Origin: Methanomassiliicoccales archaeon
GTDB taxonomy: Archaea > Thermoplasmatota > Thermoplasmata > Methanomassiliicoccales > UBA472
Length of the DNA stretch: 64,000 nucleotides
Reading direction: 5' to 3'
NCBI GenBank assembly: GCA_040765825.1
Contig: JAXGRO010000001.1
Location: forward strand, 46,483-110,482
The position numbers were made by a program, and so were the translations under genes. Shown piece after piece: positions 35,270-45,277 of the stretch. The notes beneath the pieces were generated by a model. It was not told where the DNA came from and ran no database searches. It saw only the letters and a list, made by a program, of their open reading frames with translations. The first letter of the stretch is position 1, and each line of letters starts with the position of its first letter.

Positions 35270-35295
35270 CTTTTATATGTTCATTATTGTGCACA
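35270..35295 (+). promoter_or_regulatory. trp operon promoter with palindrome TGTGCACA
   Basis: cttttatatg (35270-35279) lies 24 nt upstream of the trpE ATG at 35303, a leaderless geometry. The perfect 8-bp palindrome TGTGCACA (35288-35295) lies between the TATA and the start. Confidence 0.45.
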
Positions 35296-35302
35296 GTTCA
35301 TC

Positions 35303-36610
35303 ATGACAGAAGCACCGGACATCGTGTTCGAGGAGGTATCCCTGGGAATGGGGCCGGCGGAAGCCTATTCGCGCCTCAGGACCGCCCAGGGACCGTCCTT
35401 CCTGCTGGAGAGCGCGGAGGGCTGCTCCAGGACCGTGGCCTACTCGTTCCTGGGGGCCCTGCCAAGCCGCGTGCTATGCGGAACGGACCAGGGGCTTGCG
35501 GAGGTCCGGAAGGCAATGGAGGGGCGGCGTAGGGTCCGTTCGCCATTTCCGTTCATGGGCGGGCTGGTGGGCTACTTCTCCTATCACCTGGTGAACATGG
35601 TGGAGAAGGGGCTGGAGGTCCGGGACGGCGGCTTCCCAGCATACGAGCTGGGACTGTTCGACCGCGGCCTGGTCTTCGATCATTCCGCCTTCAAGGCCTA
35701 TCACTTCCACCCCCGGGGGGAGGAGGGCCTGCTCCATCTGCTGGAATCGGCAACGGAGAGGAGGCCCTTCCAGCTCGGGGAGATGGTGTCCATGACACCC
35801 CGTGACGAGTATAAGCAGGGGGTACAGCGGCTCAAGGACAGCATAACCGAGGGCGAGGCCTTCCAGGTGGTGCTCTCCGGCCACCGGGAGCACCGCTTCG
35901 AGGGGGACCCGTTCGATTTATACCTGCGCCTTCGGCAGGTCAACCCCTCCCCCTACATGTTCTTCCTGGACTTCGGGGAACGCAAGGTCCTGGGCTCCAG
36001 CCCGGAGACCCTGGTCACCGTGCGCGAAAGGGAGGCGGTCACCTATCCCATCGCCGGCACCTGCCCCCTGGGCGCAGGGCTGAGGGAGAGGAGGAGCAAC
36101 CGCAGCGCCATGCTCTCCGACCCCAAGGAGAGGGCCGAGCACGTCATGCTGGTGGACCTGGCCAGGAACGACCTGGGGAAGGTCTGCGAATTCGGCTCGG
36201 TGGAGGTGGCCGACCTAATGCGGGTGGAGGAGTACAGCCACGTGCAGCACATGGTATCCAGGGTGCGCGGGATCCTGCGCCAGGACACGGACGCCCTGGA
36301 CGCCCTGACCGCGGTGTTCCCGGCGGGCACGGTCAGCGGGGCGCCCAAGCATCGGGCCATGAGGCTCATCGAATCCCTGGAGGCCAGGGGGCGGGGGCCG
36401 TACGCCGGGGCGGTGGGATACATCTCCGACAGTGGCGACATGGACACCGCCATCACCATCCGCTCGGCCTTTGTCAACGGGGACCGCATATACCTGCAGG
36501 CAGGGGCTGGAATTGTGCTGGACTCCCGGCCGGAGAGGGAGTATCAGGAATGCCAGGGGAAGCTCGGGGCTCTGCACCGCTCCCTCCAGATCTGCGAGGG
36601 GGGAGCATGA
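35303..36610 (+). CDS. trpE: Anthranilate synthase component I
   Basis: FPAGTVSGAPKHRAM and GPYAGAVGY are present. The start was trimmed to ATG 35303. Confidence 0.92.
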   Translation: MTEAPDIVFEEVSLGMGPAEAYSRLRTAQGPSFLLESAEGCSRTVAYSFLGALPSRVLCGTDQGLAEVRKAMEGRRRVRSPFPFMGGLVGYFSYHLVNMVEKGLEVRDGGFPAYELGLFDRGLVFDHSAFKAYHFHPRGEEGLLHLLESATERRPFQLGEMVSMTPRDEYKQGVQRLKDSITEGEAFQVVLSGHREHRFEGDPFDLYLRLRQVNPSPYMFFLDFGERKVLGSSPETLVTVREREAVTYPIAGTCPLGAGLRERRSNRSAMLSDPKERAEHVMLVDLARNDLGKVCEFGSVEVADLMRVEEYSHVQHMVSRVRGILRQDTDALDALTAVFPAGTVSGAPKHRAMRLIESLEARGRGPYAGAVGYISDSGDMDTAITIRSAFVNGDRIYLQAGAGIVLDSRPEREYQECQGKLGALHRSLQICEGGA

Positions 36611-37200
36611 GGCCCAGGGTGCTGGTGGTAGACAACTACGATTCCTTCGTGTACAACCTGGCCCACTCCCTGGCCGCGGCTGGAGCCGAGCCGACGGTGG
36701 TGCGCAACGACCTCGTCGACCCTCGGATGGTCGAGGGGCGCTTCCAGGGGATGGTGATATCACCAGGCCCAGGCCATCCCTCCCGTTCTGGGGACTTCGG
36801 GGTCTGCATGGAGCTACTGAAGGGGATCTCGCCCCGGCTGCCCACCCTGGGGGTGTGCCTGGGGCATCAGGGCATCGCCTGCGCCTTCGGGGGCCGGGTG
36901 GACATAACCCCCTCGCCCATGCATGGCCGTTCCTCGCTGGTGGTCCATGACGGGCGCGGCGTGTTCCAGGGCCTGCCCTCCCCGCTGACCGCCGGAAGGT
37001 ATCATTCCCTTGCCGTGGTGGAGGACGGTCTCCCGGATTGCCTGGAGGTCACCGCGCGCAGCGAGGAGGGGGTGGTCATGGGCTTGCGGCACCGCCGCTT
37101 CCCCATCGAGGGGCTGCAGTTCCATCCCGAATCGGTGCTCACCGACCGGGGGGACGACCTCATCGCCAACTTCGTAAGATCCCTGGAGGCGGTGAAATGA
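36607..37200 (+). CDS. trpG: Anthranilate synthase component II (glutamine amidotransferase)
   Basis: LVVDNYDSFVYNL, the catalytic LGVCLGHQ and QFHPES are present. The ATG overlaps the trpE stop (ATGA). Confidence 0.92.
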   Translation: MRPRVLVVDNYDSFVYNLAHSLAAAGAEPTVVRNDLVDPRMVEGRFQGMVISPGPGHPSRSGDFGVCMELLKGISPRLPTLGVCLGHQGIACAFGGRVDITPSPMHGRSSLVVHDGRGVFQGLPSPLTAGRYHSLAVVEDGLPDCLEVTARSEEGVVMGLRHRRFPIEGLQFHPESVLTDRGDDLIANFVRSLEAVK

Positions 37201-38189
37201 GCAGCGCCGGAGAGATGCCCGCGCAGATGTTCGCCTCGCGCATACTGGAGGGCAGGATGTCAGACCAGGACATCGCCGATCGCCTGCGGGAGATGTCCTC
37301 GCAGGGCGATTCGCTGAAGGACCTCATGGGCATGGTCTCGGTGTTCTACGCGCAGAGCGTGCGCATCGCCACCCGCCATCCCATGGTCATGGACCTGTGC
37401 GGGACCGGGGGGGCACCGGTGAGGACCTTCAACATCAGCACCGTCAGCTCGTTCGTGGTCTCCGCGGCCGGGGTACCGGTGGCCAAGCATGGCAACCGTT
37501 CCTCCATCGGCAGATGCGGCAGCGCGGACATGCTGGAGTCGATCGGGGCGGACATCTCCCCGGGAGTGGAGGCCTGCCAGAGGATGCTGGACCGGTTCGG
37601 CTTCACCTTCCTGTTCGCTCCCGGCTTCCATCCCGCGATGCGCCGCGTGGCCAAGGCCAGACGGCTGGTGCCCCAGAGGACCCTCTTCAATGTCATGGGC
37701 CCGCTGATGAACCCCGTGCTGGGACCGCGAAGGCAGCTCATGGGAGTGAGCGACCCCTCCCTCCTGGATATCATCCCGCAGGCCCTCGAGCTCCTGGGGG
37801 TGGAGAGGGCCATGGTGATGCATGGGCTACCGGGCATGGACGAGGTGTCCCTGTGCGGACCGACCATGGTCTGCGAGCTCCGGAACGGGGAGGTGGAGAG
37901 GTACCAGCTGACCCCGGAGGAGCTGGGGTTCCGGACCTGCGCCCCCAGCGCGGTCGCGGAGATGGCCCCGCAGGCGGCCGGCCGCGCCTGCTGCGAGATA
38001 CTTCGGGGAAAGCGCGGCGAGCGCAGGGACGCGGTGCTGCTGAACTCCGCCTGCGCCCTGCTGATCGCCGGCAAGGTGCCCACCCTGGCCTCCGGGGTGT
38101 CCCTGGCCGAGATGACCGTCGACAGCGGAAGGGCCTTCAACAGGATGAGGGAGTTCATAGCGGCGAGCAGGGGGGAGGCCCCTTGCTGA
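37197..38189 (+). CDS. trpD: Anthranilate phosphoribosyltransferase
   Basis: CGTGGAPVRTFNISTVSSFVVSAAGVPVAKHGNRS is present. The ATG overlaps the trpG stop. Confidence 0.92.
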   Translation: MSSAGEMPAQMFASRILEGRMSDQDIADRLREMSSQGDSLKDLMGMVSVFYAQSVRIATRHPMVMDLCGTGGAPVRTFNISTVSSFVVSAAGVPVAKHGNRSSIGRCGSADMLESIGADISPGVEACQRMLDRFGFTFLFAPGFHPAMRRVAKARRLVPQRTLFNVMGPLMNPVLGPRRQLMGVSDPSLLDIIPQALELLGVERAMVMHGLPGMDEVSLCGPTMVCELRNGEVERYQLTPEELGFRTCAPSAVAEMAPQAAGRACCEILRGKRGERRDAVLLNSACALLIAGKVPTLASGVSLAEMTVDSGRAFNRMREFIAASRGEAPC

Positions 38190-38974
38190 GCGGGGTGGAG
38201 GACCGGCTGTCCCTGCTGGTTCGGAACGCCAGGGACCTGGTGGACTGCGGGTTCTACAGCACCCCGGATGCATCTGACGGGGGACCTGGTCCCCGGGTCT
38301 CGTTGGTCTCCGCCCTGCGCGCGAACGATAGCTTTCCAGTGGTGGCGGAGGTAAAGCTGGCCTCTCCCGTGGCCGGGAGGCTGGGAACGCATGTGGCCGA
38401 GGAGCTGATCGAGGACTACCGTTCCGGTGGTGCCGCAGGCCTCTCCGTGCTCACAGAGCCCCGATTCTTCCAGGGTTCGCTCCGTTACCTGAAGATGGCC
38501 TGCCGGACCGGGCTGCCGGCGATGATGAAGGACTTCGTGGTGGACCGTGAGCAGGTGATCTGCGCCGCCCGCGCGGGGGCCTCCGCCATACTGCTCATAC
38601 AAGGGGTGTTCGACTGGGACCTGGCCGAGGGACGTGACGCCCTGGTGGACGAGGCCCATCGTCTGGGTCTGGAGGTGGTGCTGGAGGCTTCCACGCTGGA
38701 GGAGCTCCAGGAGGCCCGCCGCTCCAGGGCGGATGTCCTGGCCTACAATCGCCGGGACCTGCGCACCTTCCGGCCCGGCCCGGACCTCCTCGCGGAAGCC
38801 CTGGGATCGGTCCGGGGAGACGAGCGGCCGACCCTGGTCATGAGCATGATGGGCTCTCTTGAGGACCTCCGCAGGGTCCGGGAGCTGGGGGGTTCCGGGG
38901 TGCTGATAGGCACGGCCCTGAGCTCCTCCCCCTGTCCGAGGGACAAGCTGATCTCCCTGAGGCTGGGCGCATGA
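38183..38974 (+). CDS. trpC: Indole-3-glycerol-phosphate synthase
   Basis: VVAEVKLASPVAG and the (beta/alpha)8 pattern are present. The TTG start at 38183 lies 5 nt after GGGGGAGG and overlaps the trpD stop. GTG 38195 is an alternative start. Confidence 0.85.
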   Translation: MLSGVEDRLSLLVRNARDLVDCGFYSTPDASDGGPGPRVSLVSALRANDSFPVVAEVKLASPVAGRLGTHVAEELIEDYRSGGAAGLSVLTEPRFFQGSLRYLKMACRTGLPAMMKDFVVDREQVICAARAGASAILLIQGVFDWDLAEGRDALVDEAHRLGLEVVLEASTLEELQEARRSRADVLAYNRRDLRTFRPGPDLLAEALGSVRGDERPTLVMSMMGSLEDLRRVRELGGSGVLIGTALSSSPCPRDKLISLRLGA

Positions 38975-39585
38975 CCCGGTTGAAGATATGCGGCCTGCGC
39001 GCCCTCCAGGACTTGGAGGCCTGCAGGGGGGCGGACTACCTGGGATTCGTGGTGCGGTCCGATTCGCCCCGCTGCCTTCCGCTGGAGAGGGCCGCGGAGC
39101 TGATGTCGGTGTGCGACGGGGTTCGGGTGGCGGTGACCACCGAGACCCGGGTGGAAGCACTTAGGTTGATCGTCAGGACCCTGGAACCGGACGTGATGCA
39201 GCTGCACTCGCCCCTCGATCCGGGCCTGCTGAAGGAGGTTTCGGATATGGGAGTGCCGGTCTGGGGGATGATGACGGTGCGTCCGGGGGTGCAGGTCGAG
39301 CCCTGCGCGGCGGAGCGCCTGGAAGCCATGGTGCTGGACAGCCCCGGGCCCCGGGCCGGAGGCAACGGCCGTGCCCACGATTGGAGCCTGAGCCGGAGGC
39401 TGCGGGAGGAGCTGGACCCTTTGCCGGTGGTGTTGGCCGGGGGAATAGGACCGCAGAACGCCCGGGAGGCCGTGGAGATTGTTTCGCCCTACGCCCTGGA
39501 CGTGTCCAGCGGGGTGGAGCGCGCCGGGGGCAAGGACCCCCTCATGGTGAGCGAGCTCATCAGAGCATTGAAAGGTGAGAATTGA
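38971..39585 (+). CDS. trpF: Phosphoribosylanthranilate isomerase
   Basis: It begins MTRLKICGL and has a PRAI-type barrel. It has an ATGA overlap with trpC. Confidence 0.88.
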   Translation: MTRLKICGLRALQDLEACRGADYLGFVVRSDSPRCLPLERAAELMSVCDGVRVAVTTETRVEALRLIVRTLEPDVMQLHSPLDPGLLKEVSDMGVPVWGMMTVRPGVQVEPCAAERLEAMVLDSPGPRAGGNGRAHDWSLSRRLREELDPLPVVLAGGIGPQNAREAVEIVSPYALDVSSGVERAGGKDPLMVSELIRALKGEN

Positions 39586-40757
39586 TGGAAGCTAGGTTCG
39601 GAGAGTACGGCGGACAGTACGTGCCGGAGGTGCTGGTGCCCGCCCTGTTGGAGCTGGAGAGGGAATACCTGAGGGCCATGGAGGACCCGGCCTTCGTTCA
39701 GGAGCTGGAGATGTACAACCGCCATTACGGGGGGCGGGAGACGCCCCTGTACTTCGCCAGACGGCTCACCGAAAGGTGCGGGGGGGCCAGGATATACCTG
39801 AAGAGGGAGGATCTGTGCCATGGCGGAGCGCACAAGTTCAACAACGTGATGGGGCAGGCCCTGCTGGCCAAGCGCATGGGCAAGGGACGGCTGATCGCCG
39901 AGACCGGCGCGGGGCAGCATGGGACCGCGACGGCCATGGCCGCCGCGGTGCTGGGCCTGCGGGCGGAGATATACATGGGGGAGAAGGACGTGGCCAGGCA
40001 GCGTATGAACGTGTTCCGCATGAGGCTCATGGGCGCCCTGGTGCACGAGGTGCGCTCCGGTTCGAGGCTCCTCAAGGACGCGATCAACGAGGCGTTCCGC
40101 GACTGGGCGGAGAGCGTGGAGAGCACCTACTATCTCCTGGGCACGGCCGCGGGACCGCATCCCTATCCCAGCATGGTGCGCGACTTCCAGAGCGTGATCG
40201 GACGGGAGATACGCCGGCAGCTGCAGGAGGCCGAGGGCCGCCTCCCGGACCTGCTGGTGGCCTGCGTGGGCGGAGGGAGCAACGCCATCGGGACCTTTCA
40301 CCCCTTCATCCAGGACCACCGTGTCCGGCTGCTGGGGGCGGAGGCCGCCGGGGACGGGCTGGACACGGAACGCCATTCCGCCTCCCTGAGCCGCGGGGAG
40401 GTGGGGGTGCTGCAGGGCTGCAAGGCCTACCTGCTGCAGGACGAGCATGGCATGATCAGGGAGGCGCACAGCGTGGCCCCCGGCCTGGACTATCCGGGGG
40501 TTGGTCCCCAGCACTGCCTGCTGAAGGACCTGGAACGGGCCAGCTACGTGGGCGTGACCGACCGGGAGGCCCTGGAGGCCTTCGTGACCCTTTCCCGGGT
40601 CGAGGGCATAATTCCGGCCCTGGAGAGCGCCCACGCGGTGCACGCGGGAATGGCGGAGGCCGGGAGGATGGGCAGGGACGAGGTGGTGGTCATAACCATC
40701 TCCGGACGCGGGGACAAGGACCTGGAGACGGTGTTCAGCCTGGGGATGGTGGAATGA
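39585..40757 (+). CDS. trpB: Tryptophan synthase beta chain
   Basis: It has HGGAHKFNN (the PLP lysine) and [11 protein letters not shown] 39585 overlaps the trpF stop by 1 nt. Confidence 0.95.
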   Translation: MEARFGEYGGQYVPEVLVPALLELEREYLRAMEDPAFVQELEMYNRHYGGRETPLYFARRLTERCGGARIYLKREDLCHGGAHKFNNVMGQALLAKRMGKGRLIAETGAGQHGTATAMAAAVLGLRAEIYMGEKDVARQRMNVFRMRLMGALVHEVRSGSRLLKDAINEAFRDWAESVESTYYLLGTAAGPHPYPSMVRDFQSVIGREIRRQLQEAEGRLPDLLVACVGGGSNAIGTFHPFIQDHRVRLLGAEAAGDGLDTERHSASLSRGEVGVLQGCKAYLLQDEHGMIREAHSVAPGLDYPGVGPQHCLLKDLERASYVGVTDREALEAFVTLSRVEGIIPALESAHAVHAGMAEAGRMGRDEVVVITISGRGDKDLETVFSLGMVE

Positions 40758-41557
40758 GCAGGATGAGAGAGGCGTTCGCAAAAGCAAGGGAGGAGGGGCG
40801 CACCGCCCTGGTCTGCTATCTGATGGCCGGGGTCCCCGATACGCAGCGTTTCGTGGATTTCGGAATGGCCTGCCTGGAGGGGGGAGCGGACGTGCTGGAG
40901 GTGGGCATACCCTTCTCCGACCCGGTGGCCGATGGCCCGGTGATACAGGACGCGGGGGTGAGGGCGATGGAGAACGGCGTCACCCCGATGCAGGTCCTGG
41001 AGATGGTCGGGGAACTGCGTCGGAGGACGGAGAGGCCGATCGTGCTCATGGGCTATTACAACCCCATATTCCGCAGGGGCGAGGAGCGCTTCGTGCGCGA
41101 GGCCCTGGAGGCCGGGGCGGACGGGCTCATCGTACCGGACCTTCCGCTGCACGAGAGCGGGGGATTGCGGGCCGTTTGCCAGGAGCAGGGAATGGACCTG
41201 GTGCAGCTGAGCACCCCGCTCACGCCGGTGGAAAGGCAGAGGGCGTTGATGGAGGCGACGTCCGGCTTCCTGTATCTGGTCACCAGGACCGGTGTGACCG
41301 GGGCCTCTGACGGCATCGGGGAGCAGCTGGGCAGGATGGTGCGCGAGGCCCGTTCCATCGATGCTGGTGTTCCGATCGCCGCGGGGTTCGGCATCTCCGG
41401 CCCGGAGCAGGTGAGGATGGCCCGGGCCGAGGGGGTGGACGGGGTGATCGTGGGCAGCGCCCTGGTGGCCATGACCCTGAACGGGAACGATCCCCGGGAC
41501 GTCATGGAGAAGGTCAAGGAACTGACCAGGGCCTGCCGGGGACCGCCCATGATGTGA
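40754..41557 (+). CDS. trpA: Tryptophan synthase alpha chain
   Basis: [17 protein letters not shown] is present. It has an ATGA overlap with trpB. Only the last 267 codons of track ORF 39776..41557 are real. Confidence 0.92.
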   Translation: MSRMREAFAKAREEGRTALVCYLMAGVPDTQRFVDFGMACLEGGADVLEVGIPFSDPVADGPVIQDAGVRAMENGVTPMQVLEMVGELRRRTERPIVLMGYYNPIFRRGEERFVREALEAGADGLIVPDLPLHESGGLRAVCQEQGMDLVQLSTPLTPVERQRALMEATSGFLYLVTRTGVTGASDGIGEQLGRMVREARSIDAGVPIAAGFGISGPEQVRMARAEGVDGVIVGSALVAMTLNGNDPRDVMEKVKELTRACRGPPMM

Positions 41558-41627
41558 TCCCCTGCCCCCAAGGCCCCGGATGACCCTCGGCGAATGTATT
41601 AATCGGGATGATGGGCTTCCCTCCCTC

Positions 41628-42906
41628 ATGGGCCTGAAGGCCGCGGGCGGTGGGAGATCGAGGGACAAGTATCACCGGCATGCCCGGCTCCTGTGGAACC
41701 GCTGGACCGTGCTCGGCATTCTGGCCCTCACCTACTTCCTGGTGTACTTCCACCGGGTATCCCCGGCGGTCCTGGCCGAGGTGCTAAGGGGAGCCTTCGG
41801 CGTCGGGCTGGCCTCCATCGCCGTGCTCAGCTCGGCGTACTTCTACGCCTACACCGTGATGCAGCTTCCCTGCGGCATCTCACCGACCGCTGGGGCCCCG
41901 GCACGGTGTGCGTTCACCGCCCTCTCGGCCCTGGGGGCCTTCGTCACCGCCCTGGCCGCCAGCTTCGAGATGGTGGTCCTGGGCAGGGTCATGATCGGCC
42001 TGGGAGTGGCCATGGTCTACGTTCCCACGTTGAAGGTGCTCTCGGCCTGGTTCCGCAGGGACGAGTTCAGCTCCCTCACCGGGCTTCTGCTGACCGTGGG
42101 CAACATCGGGGGGCTGGCCGCGGCCGGCCCTCTGGCGGCCATGTCCGAGTACGCCGGCTGGCAGAGGGTGTTCCTCGCGCTCGGGGTGCTGACCACTGGT
42201 GCTCACCTGGCTGATGTGGCTTCTGGTGCGGGACCGCCCGGAGGAGGTGGGCCTGCCCAGGGTGAGCGACGAGGAGGAGGGGCAGAGGATGCCGGTGCTG
42301 GCCTCCCTGCGCCTGATCTTCGGCTCGGGCATGCGCTGGCCCTATGCCGCGATCTTCTTCTTCATGTACGGAAGCCTGATGGTGTACCAGGGCTTGCTGG
42401 GCGGACCGTTCTTCCGGGACGTGCTGGGCTGGGACAAGGCCGCCTACGGGTTCTCCCTGACCTTCGTGGGCGTGGGGATGATCGCCGGCTGCCCGGTGGC
42501 GGGTTTCATATCCGACCGGGTGCTGCGCTCCCGGCGCAGGGTCGTGGTCATCGGGACCGCGGCCTTCGCGGTCATGTGGGGGGCGATCTGGATGACCGCG
42601 GGCCAGGTGCACGACCAGTGGGCCTACGTCATCCTGCATTTCACCTTCGGCTTCTTCGCCGGCTGGTACGTCCCGATATACGGGCAGGTCAAGGATTCCT
42701 TTCCCAGGGCGATGTCCGGTACCGCATTGGCCGCTCTGAACGTGTTCCCCTTCGCCGGGGCCGCGGTGCTGCAGTTGGCAGCCGGCAACATGGCCGCGGA
42801 CGGCGCTCTGGCGGACTACCGGTCGGTCTGGGCGCTGATGACCGCCGGGATGGTCGCGGCCTTCGTCCTGGCCGCGCTGTCGCGGGAGGATGGTCCGGCG
42901 CGGTGA
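41628..42906 (+). pseudogene. MFS transporter disrupted by frameshift(s)
   Basis: The N-terminal half is in the frame of ORF 41580..42935 up to ...VFLALGVLTT. The C-terminal half (VLTWLMWLLVRDRPEEVGLP... to 42906) is in ORF 42199..42906. One extra g lies at ~42198. Motif A (GILTDRWGPGTV) is readable only in a third frame between ~41879 and ~41909. Confidence 0.75.
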
Positions 42907-42969
42907 TTTGTATGGCGACCGAAACCGTCGCCTGAAGGCGAGCAATCGTTCGGATAGTGAAAATAGTTG

Positions 42970-43758
42970 CTACTGGTCCTCGACGCTGGAGACGAGCAGG
43001 TGGAGCATGGAGTCGGCGTGCGCGCGGTCCGGTACCAGGGACACCTTGACCCCGTACTCCTCCAGGCGCTCCCTGGTCTCCCGGCCCATGGCCGCCACGG
43101 CGACCCCTTCCAGCAGCATGAGTGCGTTCTCCTTGCCATCCCGCTCCTCCAGCTGCACCAGGAAGGCCTGGGCGTGCGCGGGCGTGGGGAAGGCCAGAAC
43201 ATCTATGCCACCGTCCTCCAGACGGTCAAGCAGCTCCTCCATCTCCTCCCCCTCGTCCACCAGCAGGGCGTACACCGAGACCTGCTCCACCTTCCAGCCC
43301 GTCGATTGAAGGTCCTTCACCATCAGAGGGGAACCCTGGTCCGAGCGCAGGAGGGCCACGGTTCCCCGGCGGGGCAGGCGGTTGATATGGCCGACCAGGG
43401 AATCGGTGGTGGCCTCCGGGGCCACCGATGCCACCCTCAGTCCGTGGTGGGTGGCGGCGGCCGAGGTGCGCTCGCCGATGACCACCATCTCCGTCCGGGA
43501 GACGGACTCCTTAAGCCGGTCCAGCATCTTGCGGCCCCTGGCCATGTGCACCATGGACTCGATGACCGTGGGGCAGGTGACCACCAGGACCTCGAAGCGC
43601 CCGGCGAACAGGTCCACCAGGAACAGGGAGAAGTTGGCGTCGTCAATGGGCTGGGCCCTTAACGGCGAGACGCATATGAAATCGGCCAGCTGCCGGTACG
43701 GCCGGCAAAGAGGCACCCACCTCTCCGGGGGGCCTAGTATGGCCACGACCTTCCTCAT
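42970..43758 (-). CDS. Uroporphyrinogen-III synthase-like protein (second, divergent HemD/HEM4 paralogue)
   Basis: 262 aa with a two-lobe HEM4-like pattern (VVTCPTVIES..., VVIGERTSAAA, ALLRSDQGSPLM, VYALL, AFPTPAHAQAF, AAMGRETRERL). It ends in TAG. Confidence 0.7.
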   Translation of the reverse strand: MRKVVAILGPPERWVPLCRPYRQLADFICVSPLRAQPIDDANFSLFLVDLFAGRFEVLVVTCPTVIESMVHMARGRKMLDRLKESVSRTEMVVIGERTSAAATHHGLRVASVAPEATTDSLVGHINRLPRRGTVALLRSDQGSPLMVKDLQSTGWKVEQVSVYALLVDEGEEMEELLDRLEDGGIDVLAFPTPAHAQAFLVQLEERDGKENALMLLEGVAVAAMGRETRERLEEYGVKVSLVPDRAHADSMLHLLVSSVEDQ

Positions 43759-43781
43759 GTCCCCTCGAAGCGCGCCTATGG

Positions 43782-44537
43782 TTAATTACTTTGCCTGAGG
43801 TGGCCGTCCACCGCCCTCAGCAGGTCCGGGAAGGTGGCCCTCTCCGCGGTCACCTGGACCGACATCCCCAGGGAGAGCAGCGTGTCCCTGGTCGGAGGTC
43901 CGATGGCCGCGTTAATGGCCTCCCATCTGAAATCCGGGCCGAAGAGCTCCGCGGCCCTGGCCACCGTCAACCTCGCGGACAGCGATGAGGTGTGCAGTAT
44001 TGCGTCCACCTTCCCGGACCGCAGCGCCCGCAGCGCCCGGTCCAGGGAATCCCCGCGATCCTCCCTGAGGGAGTAAATGGGCACCTCAAGGAATTCCCGG
44101 AGGCCGAGCAATCCCCTGCCCAGGACGTCGTTGCCCTGGTCCGATCTGAACATGAGCACGCTTCCCTCACCCCGGGAGAGCAGGTCCAGCAGCCCCTCGG
44201 AGGTGTACTCTTCGGGCAGGGAGACCTTCTGGACACCGAGCCTCTTCAGGGCGTCGGCGGTGGGCGGACCGATGGCCACGAGCTCCGTGCCCTGGGGAAC
44301 ATCATCGATGAGGCCCGGGTCGGCCCGCGAAAGGGCCTTCACCGCGGTGACGCTGGCGAACACCAGGGACGTGAAATGGCCCTGCCGCACATCGTTCAGC
44401 AATGCAGTGAGACCCGGCGGTCCGAGGTACTCCACCTCCACCACCGAGGCGCAGATGGCCTGGTGACCGGACGCCTCGACCAGGCGGCGCGACTCCTCCC
44501 AGCGGTCCTGGGGCCGCAGTACCAGCAGGGTGCTCAT
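43782..44537 (-). CDS. hemD: Uroporphyrinogen-III synthase
   Basis: 251 aa with the HEM4 pattern (LVFASVTAVKAL, VAIGPPTADAL, LMFRSDQGNDVL, IYSL, ILHTSSLSARL, AAIGPPTRDTL). It has an ATGA overlap with cobA. Confidence 0.8.
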   Translation of the reverse strand: MSTLLVLRPQDRWEESRRLVEASGHQAICASVVEVEYLGPPGLTALLNDVRQGHFTSLVFASVTAVKALSRADPGLIDDVPQGTELVAIGPPTADALKRLGVQKVSLPEEYTSEGLLDLLSRGEGSVLMFRSDQGNDVLGRGLLGLREFLEVPIYSLREDRGDSLDRALRALRSGKVDAILHTSSLSARLTVARAAELFGPDFRWEAINAAIGPPTRDTLLSLGMSVQVTAERATFPDLLRAVDGHLRQSN

Positions 44538-45277
44538 CGCAGGTCACCCAGCAAGGAGGCCATCTCCACCACCCGACCCACCACGATGACCGACGGGGCG
44601 CGCATCCCCTGTTGCCGGCAGTCCTCGCCGGCCCGGGAGACCGTGGTGATCAGGGACCTCTGCGATGCGCTGGAACCGTCCTGGACCACCGCCACCGGGG
44701 AATCGGGGTCCAGCCCGCCCTCCATCAGCCGCCTCATGTTCCTGTCGATGTTGGACATGCCCATCATGATCACCAGTGTGCCCCCGCTGCGGGCCAGCGC
44801 CGCCCAGTCCAGCCATTCCCCCTCCTTGTGGTCGCCCTCGTGCCCGGTGATGATGGTGACGGACGAGGACAGGGTGCGGTGGGTAACCGGCACTCCGGCC
44901 AGGGCCGGCACGGCTATGCTGGCGCTGACCCCGGGCACCACATGCACCTCCACACCGTGACGGCGCAGGTGCTCGGCCTCCTCGCCCCCCCGGCCGAACA
45001 GGAAGGGGTCCCCGCCCTTCAGCCTGACCACCATGCTCCCCTGATGGGCCTTTTCCAGCAGGATGCGGTTGATCTCCTCCTGTTCGGCCTTGTGGCCTCC
45101 GCCCCTCTTCCCCACGTCGAGCATCTCAGCATCGGGCGGGGCCTCCCGCAGCACCTTCTCCCCCACCAGTGAATCGTGTACCACCACCTCCGCGCTGCGC
45201 AGCAGCTCCAGTCCGCGCACGGTCATCAGCCCGGGGTCGCCCGGACCCGCTCCCACCAGGTATACAACCCCGGCCAT
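44534..45277 (-). CDS. cobA: Uroporphyrinogen-III C-methyltransferase (SUMT)
   Basis: VYLVGAGPGDPGLMT, GGDPFLFGRGGEE and VPGVSA are present. The start was trimmed to ATG 45277, overlapping the hemC stop by 1 nt. Confidence 0.9.
   Translation of the reverse strand: MAGVVYLVGAGPGDPGLMTVRGLELLRSAEVVVHDSLVGEKVLREAPPDAEMLDVGKRGGGHKAEQEEINRILLEKAHQGSMVVRLKGGDPFLFGRGGEEAEHLRRHGVEVHVVPGVSASIAVPALAGVPVTHRTLSSSVTIITGHEGDHKEGEWLDWAALARSGGTLVIMMGMSNIDRNMRRLMEGGLDPDSPVAVVQDGSSASQRSLITTVSRAGEDCRQQGMRAPSVIVVGRVVEMASLLGDLR

Noticed and set aside
37346-39160. 604-aa minus-strand ORF across trpD/trpC/trpF
   Set aside because: It is antisense to three genes with clear Trp-pathway motifs. Its composition is Pro/Arg/Gly/Ser-rich and it has no domain signature.
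39776-41557. 593-aa ORF overlapping trpB
   Set aside because: Its first ~326 codons are an Arg/Gly/Pro-rich alternate frame of trpB. Only the part from ATG 40754 is trpA.
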